Shown here: positions 33,436 through 47,094 of the stretch, piece by piece
How the letters are laid out: each line of letters starts with the position of its first letter
Position numbering within the stretch: the first letter of the stretch is position 1
Assembly: GCA_964016885.1 (NCBI GenBank)
Contig: OZ024749.1
Span: 25,172,001 to 25,236,000, forward strand
DNA length: 64,000 nucleotides
Direction: 5' to 3'
DNA from: Eledone cirrhosa
Lineage: Eukaryota
Program-made: the position numbers and the translations under genes
Notes under the pieces: model-generated
The model's database searches: none
What the model saw: the letters and a program-made list of their open reading frames with translations, nothing else
What the model was told of the DNA's origin: nothing

Positions 33436-35030
33436 GTTTCTTTTATTTGCCACCAGGGCATCAAAAGTGGGACAAGTACAAAGGGGGGAGTTTACACAAA
33501 AAGGCGTCCTCAATAAGGAGGAGGCAATAACAAAATATAAAAATAAAATAAGATATAACAAAAAATAAAATTTATAACAAAATCCTCAATAGAGAGGAGG
33601 CGCCTTGGGGGGTCGCACACACCCCCGAAAAAAGTGTGCAACCCTTTTCCTCAGGAGCACAGAGAGGGGGTGCTCCCTCGTTCCTTCCTCTTTTCCACCT
33701 ACAGGCTTATGTAAAGAGAAGGCCCATTCACACGGGCCATTCTCGCCACTTTCACCCACCTTTCATAAAAACGACTGGGGTGCAGCACCTCTCTCTCCAT
33801 CCTGATCCTTCTTCCAGAATGATATCGGAAGAAACGGACCAGTTGTTGGCCAGAGAGAAAGGTGCCTGACCTCAGTCCTTTCAGACGCGTCCACCATACA
33901 ATCTCTTTCGCCATGGCTATTACTCACAGAAACACCGCCTCTGCTTCATCTTTGAAGGGGGGAGGCGGCTTGATCATTACAATAGACTCGGTGGTCAACC
34001 GGATCGGTCCCACCCTTGACAGCAGTTGTTCGACATAGCCCCACAGATCGGCTACGCCCGAGCAGTGTACCAATGCGTGTGCAACGGTTTCCTCGTCGCT
34101 CACGCATCTGGGACAGATCTTTTTGGCGGCGTCTCTACCCGGGCGCCCGTGTCTGTAGAGCATTTCTCGAACGGGTAAAGCCCCTCGGTAGCACTGCCAG
34201 GCCAGGGACTTCTGGAAGTTGTCCATAGGTCCCGGGCTGAATGTCCTACCGAACAGGCTGGCCAGTTCGTCTTCCTCCATGTCTAGGGTTTCTCCGAGGG
34301 CGTCGTCGCACCTGCTGCGTACCAGCCCTCTATAGAATGTTGCGGTGGAGTCTCCACTGATAACCGAATCCGCCTGCCAGAGGGCGGTGAGCGCCTGGGC
34401 ACACTCAGTGTGCCAGGCGCCCAGTTTTCTCGGTCTTTGCTTGACCCAGGATTGCAGCTCGGTGAGTGAGACGAGTCTGGGAAAGGTTCGTCTCACAAAC
34501 GAGGCCCACACCGGTTGTCCGGTGAGGAATACGTAGAGGTGCCGTAGCCTTAATGCGTGTTTACGCATCATTAGCCACGGCATCCCCAGCCCTCCTTTCG
34601 AAGGGTGTTGACAGCAGATGGATCTCCTCACCATAGGAGCCCGCCTCTTCCAAAGGAATTGGAAGAGCGCGCGCTCCATCTTGGTGAGGGTTTCCCTTGG
34701 GCAGGGCACTACGGTCAGGCGGTAGTAGATGACGGACGCTATATAAGTGTTCGCCACCTCCGCCCGACCTTTCAGGGATAGTTTGCAACTGGCCCACTTC
34801 TGGGTCAGTGCAAACACCCTGTTCGTAACCTCCGCCCAGTTTTTCTCCACCTGGAGGTCCGGTCCGAACCAGACCCCGAGCAACTTCACCGGGCCCTCCA
34901 TCCAGCGTCCGACGACGCCATCGGAGGGCATCGGTCTGCCCTTCCACGTGCCGAGTTGCAAACCGATCGACTTGTCCCGGTTCAGCTTAGCCCCTGTGAA
35001 CTTTTCGTACTCCTCCAGGAAGGTGCCGAC
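33436..35030 (-). mobile_element. 5'-truncated Tx1-type element, (GATA)n-associated subfamily
   Basis: ORF 33924-35246 encodes an RT thumb/C-terminal region homologous to copy 1 (KLLGVWFGPDL, KGGLGMPWL, CPRC..EETVAHAL.HC). Both ends abut GATA repeats. Confidence 0.9.
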
Positions 35031-35061
35031 AGATAGATAGAGAGATAGATAGAGGCAGATA

Positions 35062-35360
35062 TCTTTCTTTATTTGCCACAGGGGCGCACACAAATGGGAC
35101 ACACAAGACGTGACGTCGGGGGTTTTCATAAAATCTTTAACAATGATAAATGAAAATAAACTATATAAAAATAAAACAATTGAAATCCCCATTATGGGAG
35201 GAGGTAACACTATTGCAGGGTTGTTTACACCCCGTGGATAGAACAACCCTCACCACCAGGATCACATTTTGTAGGTGTTCCCGTCTTCCCTCTGTTTATC
35301 TTCCTCAACACACAGGGTTATATACAGAGAAGGCCCATTCACCCGGGCCATTTTCGCCAC
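35062..35360 (-). mobile_element. Short 3' fragment of the (GATA)n-associated Tx1 subfamily
   Basis: Carries the VAKMARVNGPSLY tail and the 3' terminus GTGGCAAATAAAGAAAGATATCT, with GATA repeats on both sides. Confidence 0.8.
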
Positions 35361-35559
35361 AAGAGATAGATAGAGAGAGAGAGACCGAGAGAGAGAGAGG
35401 GTGGAAATTAGGAAGACCACAAGAGATGATCATTTAAAATTTAATCGATACAGTTAAATCGAAACAATAACTGTTGGCACTTATTGCTTATTTACTTACA
35501 GCTTATGTCAATATCGATTTGTTGTTATTGATTTTGTTCATTATTTTTTTATTGTTTGT

Positions 35560-37000
35560 TTGTATTGTTGATTTCCTGCTTTTCTAATTGCTGTTGTTAT
35601 TGTTGTCGTTATTGTTGTTGTTATTGTTGTTGTTGTTGTTGTCGTCGTCGTTGTTGGTATTGTTGTTGTGGTATTTGTTATTGCGGTTGTTGTTATTCTT
35701 GTTGTTGTCGTTGTTGTTATTGTTGTTGTGGTTGTTGTTATTGTTGTTGTTGTCGTTGTTGGTATTGTTGTTGTGGTTTTTGTTATTGTGGTTGTTGTTA
35801 TTGTTGTTGTTGTCGTTGTTGTTATTGTTGTTGTTGTTGTTGTTATTGTTGGTGTTGTTGTTGTGGTTTTTTGTTACTGTGGTTGTTGCTATTGTTGTTG
35901 TTGTCGTTGTTCTTATTGTTGTTGTGGTTGTTGTTATTGTTGTTGTTCTTGTGGTTGCTGGTGTTATTGGTGTTGGTGTGGTTGTTGTTATTGTTGTTGT
36001 TTTCGCTGTTGTTGTTGTGGTTGTTGTTATTGTTATTGTTGTTGTCGTGGTGGTTGTTGTTATTGTTGTTGCAGTTGTGCTTTTTATTGTTGTTGACTTT
36101 CCTATTGCCATTTTTGTTGTTGGCGTTGTTGTTATTGTTGTTGTGGTTATGGTTGTTGATGTCGCCATTTCTGTTGTTTTTGTTGTTATTGTTGTTGTGT
36201 TGAAATGGCCGTTGTTGTTATTATTGTAGGTGGCGCTGCTGCTGCTGCTGCTGTTGTTGGTGTTGGCGTTGTTTTCGTTGTTGTTGTTGTTAATGTTGTT
36301 TTTGTGTAGTTTATTGCTGTTACTTGCTGATATTGTTGTTGTTGATATTGTTTTTTGTTGTTGTCGGTTTTGTTGTTGTTATTGATACTGTTGTTGTTGA
36401 CTTTGCGGTTGTGGTAGTTGCTGTTGTTGATGATTATGTTTTATTTTGGCTTTATTTATTATCATCATTGTTGTTGTTGCTATCGTTCAGAATATTGTTG
36501 TTATTGGTGCTGGTGTTGTTGTTGATGTTGTTGTTGTTTGTAGTGCTGCTGTTGTTGATGTTGTTGTTGTTATTGCCAATTATATTGTTCACTATATTAA
36601 TCATTATCATCGTTGCTGTTGCTAACGTTGAGGATATTGTTGTTATTGGTGCTGGTGTTGTTGTTGATGTTGTTCTTGTAGGGGCTGGTGTTGTTGTTGT
36701 TATTGGTGCTGGTGTTGTTGTTGATGTTGTTGTTTGTGGTGTTGTTGTTGGTGTGGTTGATTGGGTGTTGTTGTTGTTGATGTTGTTGTTGTTGGTGCCG
36801 GTGTTGTTGTTGGTGTGGTTGTTTGTGGTGTTGTTGTTGATGTTGTTATTGGTGCTGGTGTTGTTGTTGATGTTGTTGATGTTATTGGTGCTGGTGTTGT
36901 TGTTGGTGTGGTTGTTTGTGGTGTTGTTGTTGTTGATGGTGTTGTTGTTATTGCCAATTATATCTTTCGCTCTACTAATCATTACAATTGTTGTTGATGT
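35560..37000. repeat. (GTT)n-derived low-complexity tract
   Basis: Direct inspection. Confidence 0.9.
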
Positions 37001-37021
37001 TATTATTATAGATATTGTTAA

Positions 37022-37215
37022 GGGCAGCAGATTGGCAGGATCGGTAGAGGGTCGGACGTCATGCTTTGACGCATAGAGTTACGGCCCTTACCATTCTGAG
37101 TTCAAATCCCGCCGAGGTTAACTTTGCATTTCATCCTTACGGGGTCGATAAAATAAAGTACCAGTAATACACTGGCTAATTTGCTGGCCTTGTGCCAAAA
37201 GTAGAAACAATTATT
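37022..37215 (+). mobile_element. tRNA-derived SINE with an 18-bp TSD
   Basis: Same consensus. ATTATTATAGATATTGTT is at 37002-37019 and 37210-37227. Confidence 0.9.
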
Positions 37216-37584
37216 ATAGATATTGTTCAAATTATTTCTATATTTTTTGTTGTGCTATTATTTTATGTCTCCGTTGCTTATAAGTTTATAATTGTAGTTT
37301 GCCGTGTGCGTGGATGTGTGTACATGTCGCCACGTGTATTTGAATGTGCGTGTGAGTGAGTGTGTAGGTGTCAGTGTACGTGTGACTTATCACGTGTATT
37401 TCCAATGTAGTATTATATAATTTCCCCGGACATTCCACCTCATTATGCAGTGAAATATGATGAAGAAAAAGAAATCCAAATTGATTTTTTTTTAATATTA
37501 AGATGAATACAATTGGGCAAAAAACACACATATAAGTATTTCATATACATGCACAGGCGAAACAAACCTGGTGTATGTGTAGGT

Positions 37585-38124
<540 letters not shown>

Positions 38125-38184
38125 TTAAGTAAGTGCCATACTAAGAGTGAGAAATGAAATTTCGTTTTCATTTTGTTTCAATTT

Positions 38185-38226
<42 letters not shown>

Positions 38227-38228
<2 letters not shown>

Positions 38229-39310
38229 TAAGTATGTACACGTACATACATATATGTATACAGACGTACAGTAGTATGTATATATATATACATACATGCA
38301 CACATATATATATGTACGTATGGATTCACCGAACATTTATTATAATGCTCGGTGTGTTTGTAAACAAACATCCCGTATTATTAAGCCGTAGTGTCCAGTT
38401 CAACAATCTGGCAGGAAGGTATACGTTGCTGACGATAGCTAATAAGCTTGAAACTAGTACAGCGTTCCTTTGTCAGTGTTGAACAAACGAGCAACGATGG
38501 TTGCTGGACACTACGGCTTAATAGGGGATGTTTGTTTACAAACACACCGAACATTATAATAAATGTTCGGTGAATCCATACGTACATATATATATATATG
38601 TGTGCATGTATGTATATATATATATATATACATACTACTGTACGTCTGTATACATATGTGTATGTACGTGTACATACTTATATTTAAGTAACAGCCGTAC
38701 TAAGAGTGGGAAATGAAATTTCGTTTCATTTTCTCCGTTTATCGTTTTCGGTGCACCCGGCCGATTAACCCACTCGATATGCAAATTGGGCTTCTCAGCT
38801 GTTAATATGCATAAGGTAAGTATATACGTTCAACAATATGGCAGGAAGGTATACGTTGCTGACGATAGCTAATAAGCTTGAAACTAGTAAAGCGTTCCTT
38901 TGTCAGTGTTGAACAAACGAGCAACGATGGTTGCTGGACACTACGGCTTAATACGGGATGTTTGTTTACAAACACACCCAGCATTATAATAAATGTTCGG
39001 TAAATCCATACGTACATATATATATATATATATGTGTGCATGTATGTATATATATATATACATACTACTGTACGTCTGTATACATATGTGTATGTACGTG
39101 TACATACTTATATTTAAGTAACAGCTGCACTAAGAGTGGGAAATGAAATTTCGTTTCATTTTCTCCGTTTATCGTTTTCGGTGCACCCGGCCGATTAACA
39201 CACTCGATATGCAAATTGGGCTTCTCAGCTGTTAATATGCAAAAGGTAAGTATATACGTTCAACAGCCGTACTTAGAGTGGGAAATGAAATTTCGTTTCA
39301 TTTTTCCCGT
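38227..39310. repeat. Related foldback element (38227-38398 / 38504-38683) followed by a ~430-bp tandem duplication
   Basis: 38398-38830 is repeated at 38829-39263. Confidence 0.8.
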
Positions 39311-39311
39311 T

Positions 39312-39410
<99 letters not shown>

Positions 39411-39463
39411 TCTTACGCATTCATTCCTTAAACATTTATACCAGGCACATACACACGCGCATA

Positions 39464-39503
<40 letters not shown>

Positions 39504-39742
39504 TGTGCGTGTGTATGTGTCTATGCATGCTATAAACAAAAAATAGATACATATGCACACTCGCTTATAATCACACACAATGCAATGTATTGCAACGATT
39601 CACAAGCATGCAAATATATGTATATAAACAGAAGGGTTATTCAATTTGTTGGTAGTTCAGCAAATATAAATGTTTATAACTGATTCAGAGCACTCGACAT
39701 ATTTCTGGAGTATAATATTCAAAATGTATAAAACACACTTCG

Positions 39743-39803
39743 TATTATATCTGATGATAGCGTACCAAAACTTTGGTACCCTTGAAATATATATAATAGA
39801 ATA
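39743..39803 (+). ncRNA. Minimal type-I hammerhead ribozyme (relative of the 32815 family)
   Basis: Layout is TATTATAT-CTGATGA-(GTACCA/TGGTAC stem II)-GAAA-TATATA-TA-ATAGAATA. The downstream sequence matches 32880-32920. Confidence 0.72.
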
Positions 39804-39999
39804 AATATGGTTTTATAAATATAGTTTCCGTTTATTTAATATCATTGTATATCTATATATATATATATATATATATAAAATAAAGGGATCATATTTCCTT
39901 AGAGAAATAACAACCCAACCAGGAGCTGGACATATCGGAGTTTTGACGGAGTAAAACACTTTAACAACATGTGTACCTGTCTCTACCACACCAATTCGA

Positions 40000-40054
40000 A
40001 CTGCCTGAAGATGTCACCGCCAATGATGGCTGTCACCGAAATATATATAGCAGT
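40000..40054 (+). ncRNA. Minimal type-I hammerhead ribozyme (third family)
   Basis: Layout is ACTGC-CTGAAGA-imperfect stem II-GAAA-TATATA-TA-GCAGT, with a perfect stem I. Confidence 0.7.
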
Positions 40055-40221
40055 ACATCTTTAATAAACGAAGCCAAATCTTAAATATTTGACTTAATAA
40101 CTTTATTTTACATTACTCCGGAGTAACCAAACCAACCTGCGTACTTCGCCGAGTGCACCAATCTGCATACTGAGGTGTCGGCAAACAACCAACATATAAT
40201 AAAAAAAAAAAAATATATATA

Positions 40222-40312
<91 letters not shown>

Positions 40313-40702
40313 AACATATATTTATATGTATATATATATGCATATATACATATAAACATATATGCATTCCATTCCACTACACAGCATTGTATATTTTGAT
40401 CGGTTACCTCTCGCTGTGTATCGTGAGCATGAACATCTGAGAATTTAATAATGTTCTCTTCTCTCGTGGTTAATTTTGGATGTTTTGAAGAATTAGTTTA
40501 GAAGTTACTGAATATTTCTCATTCAAAGTGTAGGAATCAATTGATATTCCAGTGCCAATTTATTTTCAAAGAACTGCTGCAGAATAGCCGAGTGCAATTT
40601 TGGAACATATATTTAAAAAAAAGCAAAGTGGATTTTTTTAAATATATTATTTACATCTTATAATTATTATTATTTTTACTACTATTACTACTACTACTAC
40701 TG

Positions 40703-40814
<112 letters not shown>

Positions 40815-41051
40815 TTTCTTTATTAACCACAAGGGTTTACATAAAGTGGACATTAAGGACAGTGCAGGACGGTACAAATGGGCATTTCTGCGTGTAAAAA
40901 ACAAAAACAGAGGATGTAACAAAAATAACAATGAAAAATTCCCCAATAGGGGGGAGACTTCGGAGGGACATTTGTGGAGAAAGCCCAGTAAAAAGCCACA
41001 ATGACCCTGACCACCAAGGCAAGTGCCCTCTCCCAGTTTTCCACCTTTAGG

Positions 41052-44000
41052 TTACAGATATATACTCAGAGTCGGCCCATTCACTCGGGCCATTCTTGCT
41101 TCTCTCACCCATCTTTCAACAAAATGCTGGGAAGAGAGCACTTCCTTCTCTACTCTGATTTTCCTTTTCAAATGAAATTTGAAAAAGTCAATCAGAGCAT
41201 CACCGAAGAGGTAAGTGCTCGTCTTCAGCCCTTTCAAACGTGTCCACCATACTATCTCTTTCGCCATGGCCACCAGACAGATAAAAACTGCCTGCCCTTC
41301 CCGGCTAAAGGAGGAGGGCGGGGCAATCCTCACGATAGACTCAGATGATAGCTGGATCCGTCCTAAACGCGACAGCAGGTGTTCGACATAAACCCACAAG
41401 TCAGCAATTTTCGGACACTGGACGAGTGCGTGCAGGACGGTTTCGTCGCCCTGCGCGCATCTCGGACATGCCCGGCTGACGGCACCTCCATGCCTGTAGA
41501 GTTTATCCCGAACTGGCAAGGCTCCTCGGTAGCACTGCCAGGCCAGAGATTTCTGGAAGTTGTCCATAGGCCCTGGCCCGAAAGTTCTTCCGAAGAGATT
41601 GGCTAGTTGATTTTCGTCGACGCCTAGAGTTTCCCCAAGTACGTCGTCGCTCTTCCCCTCCACTAATCCTCTATAGAACGCCGAGGTGGAGTTTCCACCG
41701 ATCACATTGCCCGATTGGTCGAGGGCTGTGAGCGCCTGAAGACATTCCAGTCTCCAGGCGCTCCCTCTCGGTCTTCGCTTGACCCAGGACTGCAGCTCCG
41801 TCAAGGAAACGAGCTGGGGAAAAACGCGTCTAGCAAACGGCGACCACACCTGATCACCGTCGAGGAAGAGGTGGAGATGTCGTAGCCTGAGCGCGTGCCT
41901 GCGCATCATCAGCCACGGCATGCCCAGCCCTCCACGTAGCGGGTGTTGACAACAGATGGACCGCCTGACCATCGGAGCACGTCCCTTCCACAAAAAGCGA
42001 AAGAGCAAACGCTCCAGCGCAGTCAGGCGAGGCTTAGGACAAGGTACGACGGTTAGGCGGTAGCAGATGACAGACGCGATGTACGCGTTAGCCACCTCCG
42101 CTCGACCTTTCAGGGATAGCTTCCTCTCCGCCCATTTCTGGGTGAGAGAAGCCACCCTGCTCGTCACCTCGTCCCAGTTTTTGTCCGTCTGGAGGTCCGG
42201 ACCGAACCAGACCCCTAGCAATTTAACCGGTCCGTCCGTCCAGCGCCCGACGACGCTGTTGGACGGCATGGACCTGCCTCTCCAGGTGCCGAGCTGCAGG
42301 CCCACTGACTTTTCCTGGTTGATCATTGCTCCTGTCACCGCTTCGTATTCTCTTAGTGTAGTGCCGATCGCCTCGATGTGTTTGGCGTTCGACACCACTA
42401 CGGTGACATCGTCCGCATATGCTGACACGGATCTTCCGCATCCTAGTTCGCGCGGGACTCCCCTCAACGTCTCCAGTTTGTGCAGTAATGGCTCGAGAGT
42501 CAATACGTACAAGAGGGACGAGAGGGGACATCCTTGGCGGACCGAGCGCATGATGTTGAACGGTTCCGACAGGTGACTGTTCACTCTCACTACAGAGCAG
42601 ATGTCGCTGTGCATGGCAGCGATCCAGCCTCTGAAGACGGGCCCAAAGCCAGCCGCCCTCAGGACTGCCGCTAGGTAACGATGGTCGACCCTATCGAAAG
42701 CTTTCGACTGATCTAAATTGATCAAGGACCCACCCGTGCCAGGTTCCCTAGCTACCCTCTCTACGATGTATCGCATGAGGTGGAGGTTGTCATGGATGGA
42801 TCTGTCGGGAATGGCGCATGTCTGCGCCTCTCCCACCAGACCACCAACGACAAGCGCCAACCTCTTTACTAGCACCTTGGCCAAAATCTTGAACTCTGAT
42901 TTTAGCAGAGTTATGGGCCGGAAATTATCTATGTTATCCCCCTTCTTCGGATCCTTTCTCAGCAGTGCCACCGCTCCTCGGCTCACAGAACTGGGAATTC
43001 TCCCGTTCTGTTGCCAGTTGCAGTAGACGTCCGCCAAGAGGCCTCCGAACAAGTCTGGCATCTGTACGTAAATTTCATAGGGCAGACCATCCAAACCAGG
43101 CGATTTACCCCTTGTTTAGCCAGTCATTGCCTCCCTTACTTCAGCGGCTGTTATCGGCTTTTCGCAACACTTCGCCTCAGTGGCCGAGAGCCGCGGCAGT
43201 CCGTCGAGGTAGAGACTAAAGTCCATCCCTCGACCCGTCCCACCACTGCCACCGAACAGCTGCTGAGCGAAGTGTCGCTGAACAGCTTCACACATTTGCC
43301 CGGGATCGAGTAGCATGCGCCCGTCGTGGTCCACCAAAGACCGGATCGTGGCTTTGTTACCACGATGCGCCTCCGCCACTCGGGCCCATTGAACGGCTTT
43401 CACCCCTCGTGTCTGAGAGCACGCACCCTTGCTCTGACAACGCAGCCTTCGTGCTTTGCATTGAAGAATTGGTCAAGGGCCAATTTCGCCGCAAGCACGT
43501 CGGTCGCAATGCTTTTGCTAAGCGCCTCGTTTAATTTTCTAACTAGTTCTCCCTCTGCTCTATTTTTCTCTATTGCTAAAGCCTTACTAAACCTAATGGA
43601 TTCTATTCTAATCGCTCTTTTCAGAGCAAACCACCACTAGTTGTTGACGATGGCCCTCGTCAACGCCCGCTTAACTAGTTCGCTAATCCGGTCTCTGTAG
43701 GCCTTGCGCGCTAGTAAGGACGCGTTTAGCTTCCAGTAGCCGGGTCCTCGTCTATGAAGCCTATCTAATCAAGAACACAGATCACGAATTTGTGATCCGT
43801 GTAGCTGACTATCTTGAATTGTGGACAGCCTCTGCTAGACCTATCCATTTCCCTACAAAATATCTAGATATGATCTGGATGACCCTATGCGATTTGTCCA
43901 AGTCCACATTGGCACATTCGGGAAATCCAATCGGCACCTGTCAGACAGTTCTAAACGCCTGTGCAGGTTGGTGAGGTTCTTGCACCCTCCACCCCTATCC

Positions 44001-44467
44001 GCTAATCCCACACAGTCCCAGCGTGCATCTAAGATCCCGTTCCAGTCGCCCACCAACACTAAAGAGCGGGACGTTCCAAGAAAGGTCTCCAGACGCCGGA
44101 AGATATCAGGCCGCCCTGCTCCTGTCGGGGCATAGACGGCCACTAGCCTGAAAGCTTGTCCGTCTCCGCTGGTCACGTCCAGCACCACCAACTTACCCTC
44201 TGGGTCCAGGAAGATGGCCCGTATGGCGAGATCCAAACCTCTCCGAAAAAGCACAGCAACTCCTCCCCCCGATCCAGGACGGCTGGGAGATGCGTACACA
44301 TCGTAGCCGCCGAAGATCGGTGCGAAGGCCCGTGCTTCGGAGATTCTGGTCTCGCTAATGGCCACTACATCTATGTTTAGTGACCTGAGGTCGTTGAGCA
44401 GGTGGCCCTGCTTCCATAACGACCCCAAGCCACGCGCATTTATGCTGCCTATTCTGAGTGAGGTCAT
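41052..44467 (-). pseudogene. Tx1-type ORF2 (APE endonuclease + reverse transcriptase), frameshifted between EN and RT
   Basis: The EN ORF 44467-43853, linker fragments and a 680-aa open RT/C-terminal ORF (43094-41052) with YADD are all present. Confidence 0.92.
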
Positions 44468-44502
44468 GTTTAAAATAGAGTGGAAAAGATGGGAAAGACC
44501 AC

Positions 44503-46630
44503 TTACCGTACTTTTCGTAGAGGAGGGATGGTTTTTACAACCCTTTTCACTTGATCGTCTGGTGAAGGGACCGTTGAATCGTCCCTTCGGCTGGTCATCG
44601 GCTCTTCTATGAGTATGTCTGAATATACTCTTCGGTTGATAGTTCCGCCTAGGTCTCTGAAATCACTAACTGCGTTGGGGAATTTCGTTATAATGTTTGT
44701 GTATTGTTTCTGTGCTATTTTTAGCTGTCTTATGTTTGTTGGCGTTTTGATTGGTGCTGGTATTATGTAGTCGTGTTGTGAAATGTCTGTGTGTTCAATT
44801 ATGTAAGTCATTAGTTTCTTGTTGTGTGTATTTATTGCTGTGCATTTTATTTCTGGGGGTGGGGTGTGGTTCTGCTATTTTCTTGTCGTTTTTGCTGGGT
44901 GTGTGTGTTTTGTTGTTGTGTTTGCGATGTTGGTGCTTGTGGTGGTGGTGTTGAAGGTGTTGTTGTTGTTGGCGGTGGGGTTGTCGCCGGTGGTGATGGT
45001 GGTACTAGTGTGGGTGGTGATGGTGTTGGTGGTGTTGCTGCTGTGAGTCTCTTTGCAGTAGACTTTACCCTTTTTTCATTTCTTTCCTCCCTTTTCAAAG
45101 GCGACGATGCGCTGCTTCTGCGTTTGTGCCTTCTTACGACCTTTTGCCATCCCTCTCCCACCTCACACTCCATGTCTGATTCTGTGAGGTCGGGGAAGGG
45201 TACCAGCTCCACTCTTTCACTTGTTGTTGGTGGTGATGTTTGCACTGGAGTCTCTGTTGCAGCTGCATTTGGTATTGCTGTTGTTGTTGTTGTTAATACA
45301 TCCACTGCTGCTGCTGTTTTTGATTTCCGTGGCGTGGGTATGGGTGCCACGGACCTATCGTTCCTGGTTGCCGCTTGTCCTGCTGCTCGTAGCCGTGGAG
45401 CCGGTTTCGGAAGGAGGGGGGTTTTCTCCTTTCTCAGGGTCTTCTCGTTGCAGAAGGCCCTGAGGTGAGTCTTAGATCCACAGCGAAAGCATTTCGGGCG
45501 TTTGCTCTCAACACTTATGGGCAGTTGAGTGCCGTTATCGAAGTCTATCATATCCGGGATAGCTTCGATGCACTCCTGGTTGGTTTGGATTAACATCTCA
45601 ATGGAGGTGCCGACCCAATCTTCTCTTATTTTTTTCTGTACTTGCAGTACAGTTGTTTTGTCCTCGATTCCGACGAGGACAGACGCGGCCAGCCGAGAAC
45701 GGGCCATCCCGGGGGGGGGGGGGGGGGGGGGGGGGCAGTTTGACCCTCACAATTTTTTGCCCGCAGTAGGAGGGCACCAACACCATTACCTCGCTCCTTA
45801 GGGTCACTACGGATTGAGCCTTTGCCTCCTGGGGTGTGGCAAAAAGTACGTCTACGGTGGCATATTTCTTGCCTCGGGTGATGTGTGTTTTTCGCTGCCA
45901 CACAGACCCCAAGGCTTTTTGTATTTGAGCCTCTGTGGCTCTTTCCACCCTACGGGATTTTGTACTTACTGTACGGTACGTGACCGTACAGTGCTGTTGG
46001 GTTTCGAAAAAGTGTTTCCGCTGCCTTGCAGATTGCTCAGTGTCCAGTTTTTGTCATCATCTTCTTCGCTTCCTCTAATTCCTCATTCGTTATGAGGATT
46101 GTTTCCAGGTTCTTCGCGATAACTGCAAACGTGATTGGTTTTTCTTTGCTGCTGTTGTTGTTGTTGTCGTCGTCAGAGCTGCTGTTTCTTTTGTTGTTGC
46201 TGCAGGTACTACGACTACTGCCGCCGCCGCTGTTGATGTGGTTGTTGTTGTTGTTGCTGCTGCTAATGCTGTTGTTGTTTATGCTGCTGCTGATGCTGTT
46301 GCGGCTGCTACTGTTGTTTTCATTGTCACTGTTGCTGTTGTTATTACGGCTGCTACTGCTATTATTCCTGACGTCAGACGAATGAAATTGGTTTTCGTAT
46401 TTCCCGCACACCTGTTTCGTCGTCGTTGTCGTCGTCGTCGTGGAGAAATCTTGCACGCTTTGCACGAGACTTTTCTTTTCTGTTGTCGCTTGCGAAAGAG
46501 AAGGGAGGGAGAGAGACACATTTAAAGAAGGGAGGGAGAGAGACAATCTTCTCTCTTCTGTAGTGACAATTGAGGAAGAAGAAGACGGAATGAGTGGGAG
46601 TAACCTATGAAAATTATTTTTCGTAGCCAT
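44503..46630 (-). pseudogene. Tx1-type ORF1 (nucleic-acid-binding, zinc knuckle), broken by a stop and frameshifts
   Basis: ORF pieces 46669-46037, 45948-45598, 45707-44847 and 44811-44503 are colinear with copy-3 ORF1 (ERATE.QIQK.LG, TVDV.F.TPQEA, LVPSYCGQ, C..CG..THLRAFC). A poly-G run at 45711-45735 shifts the frame. Confidence 0.85.
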
Positions 46631-46869
46631 GTTGTTTTTTTTTTTGTTTAAAATAAATATTGGGCACAAAACCCCAATAAGCAGTTATTTAACCCCGAAG
46701 GGCCAAATAACGGGCAGAAAGACCCCTCTCACGAGGAGGAGGGTGTTTTTGTCTACAAGTTGGTAAAAGTTTTAAACAATTTACAATTGTTATAGCGTTC
46801 AAAATTTACAATACCGTACAGAGCCGAGCCTCCGTCAACCATAGCATTCAATAATAATAATAATAATAA

Positions 46870-47057
46870 TAATTGTTTCTACTTTAGGCACGAGGCCAGC
46901 AATTACCCAGTTCATTACTGGTAATTTATTTTATCGACACCGTAAGGATGAAAGACAAAGTAAACCTCGGCGGGATTTGAACTCAGACCGTAAAGGGACG
47001 TAACTATGATGGAAAGCATGGCGTACGACTCTCTACCGATACTGTCAATCCACCGCT
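46870..47057 (-). mobile_element. SINE between Tx1 copies 1 and 2
   Basis: Full consensus with (AAT)n on both sides. Confidence 0.9.

Positions 47058-47092
<35 letters not shown>

Positions 47093-47094
<2 letters not shown>

Noticed and set aside
35556-37076. Cys-rich, Asn/Thr-rich and Leu/Val-rich ORFs
   Set aside because: They derive from (GTT)n low-complexity sequence and are not metallothionein or keratin-associated genes.
41052-43094. 680-aa RT ORF as a domesticated or prokaryote-type (retron/DGR/group II) RT system
   Set aside because: It is simply the still-open part of a frameshifted L1/Tx1 ORF2 with an upstream APE domain and multiple paralogous fragments.
45711-45735. 25-nt poly-G as a programmed frameshift or G-quadruplex signal
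   Set aside because: It is absent from copy 3, so homopolymer expansion or sequencing error is more likely.
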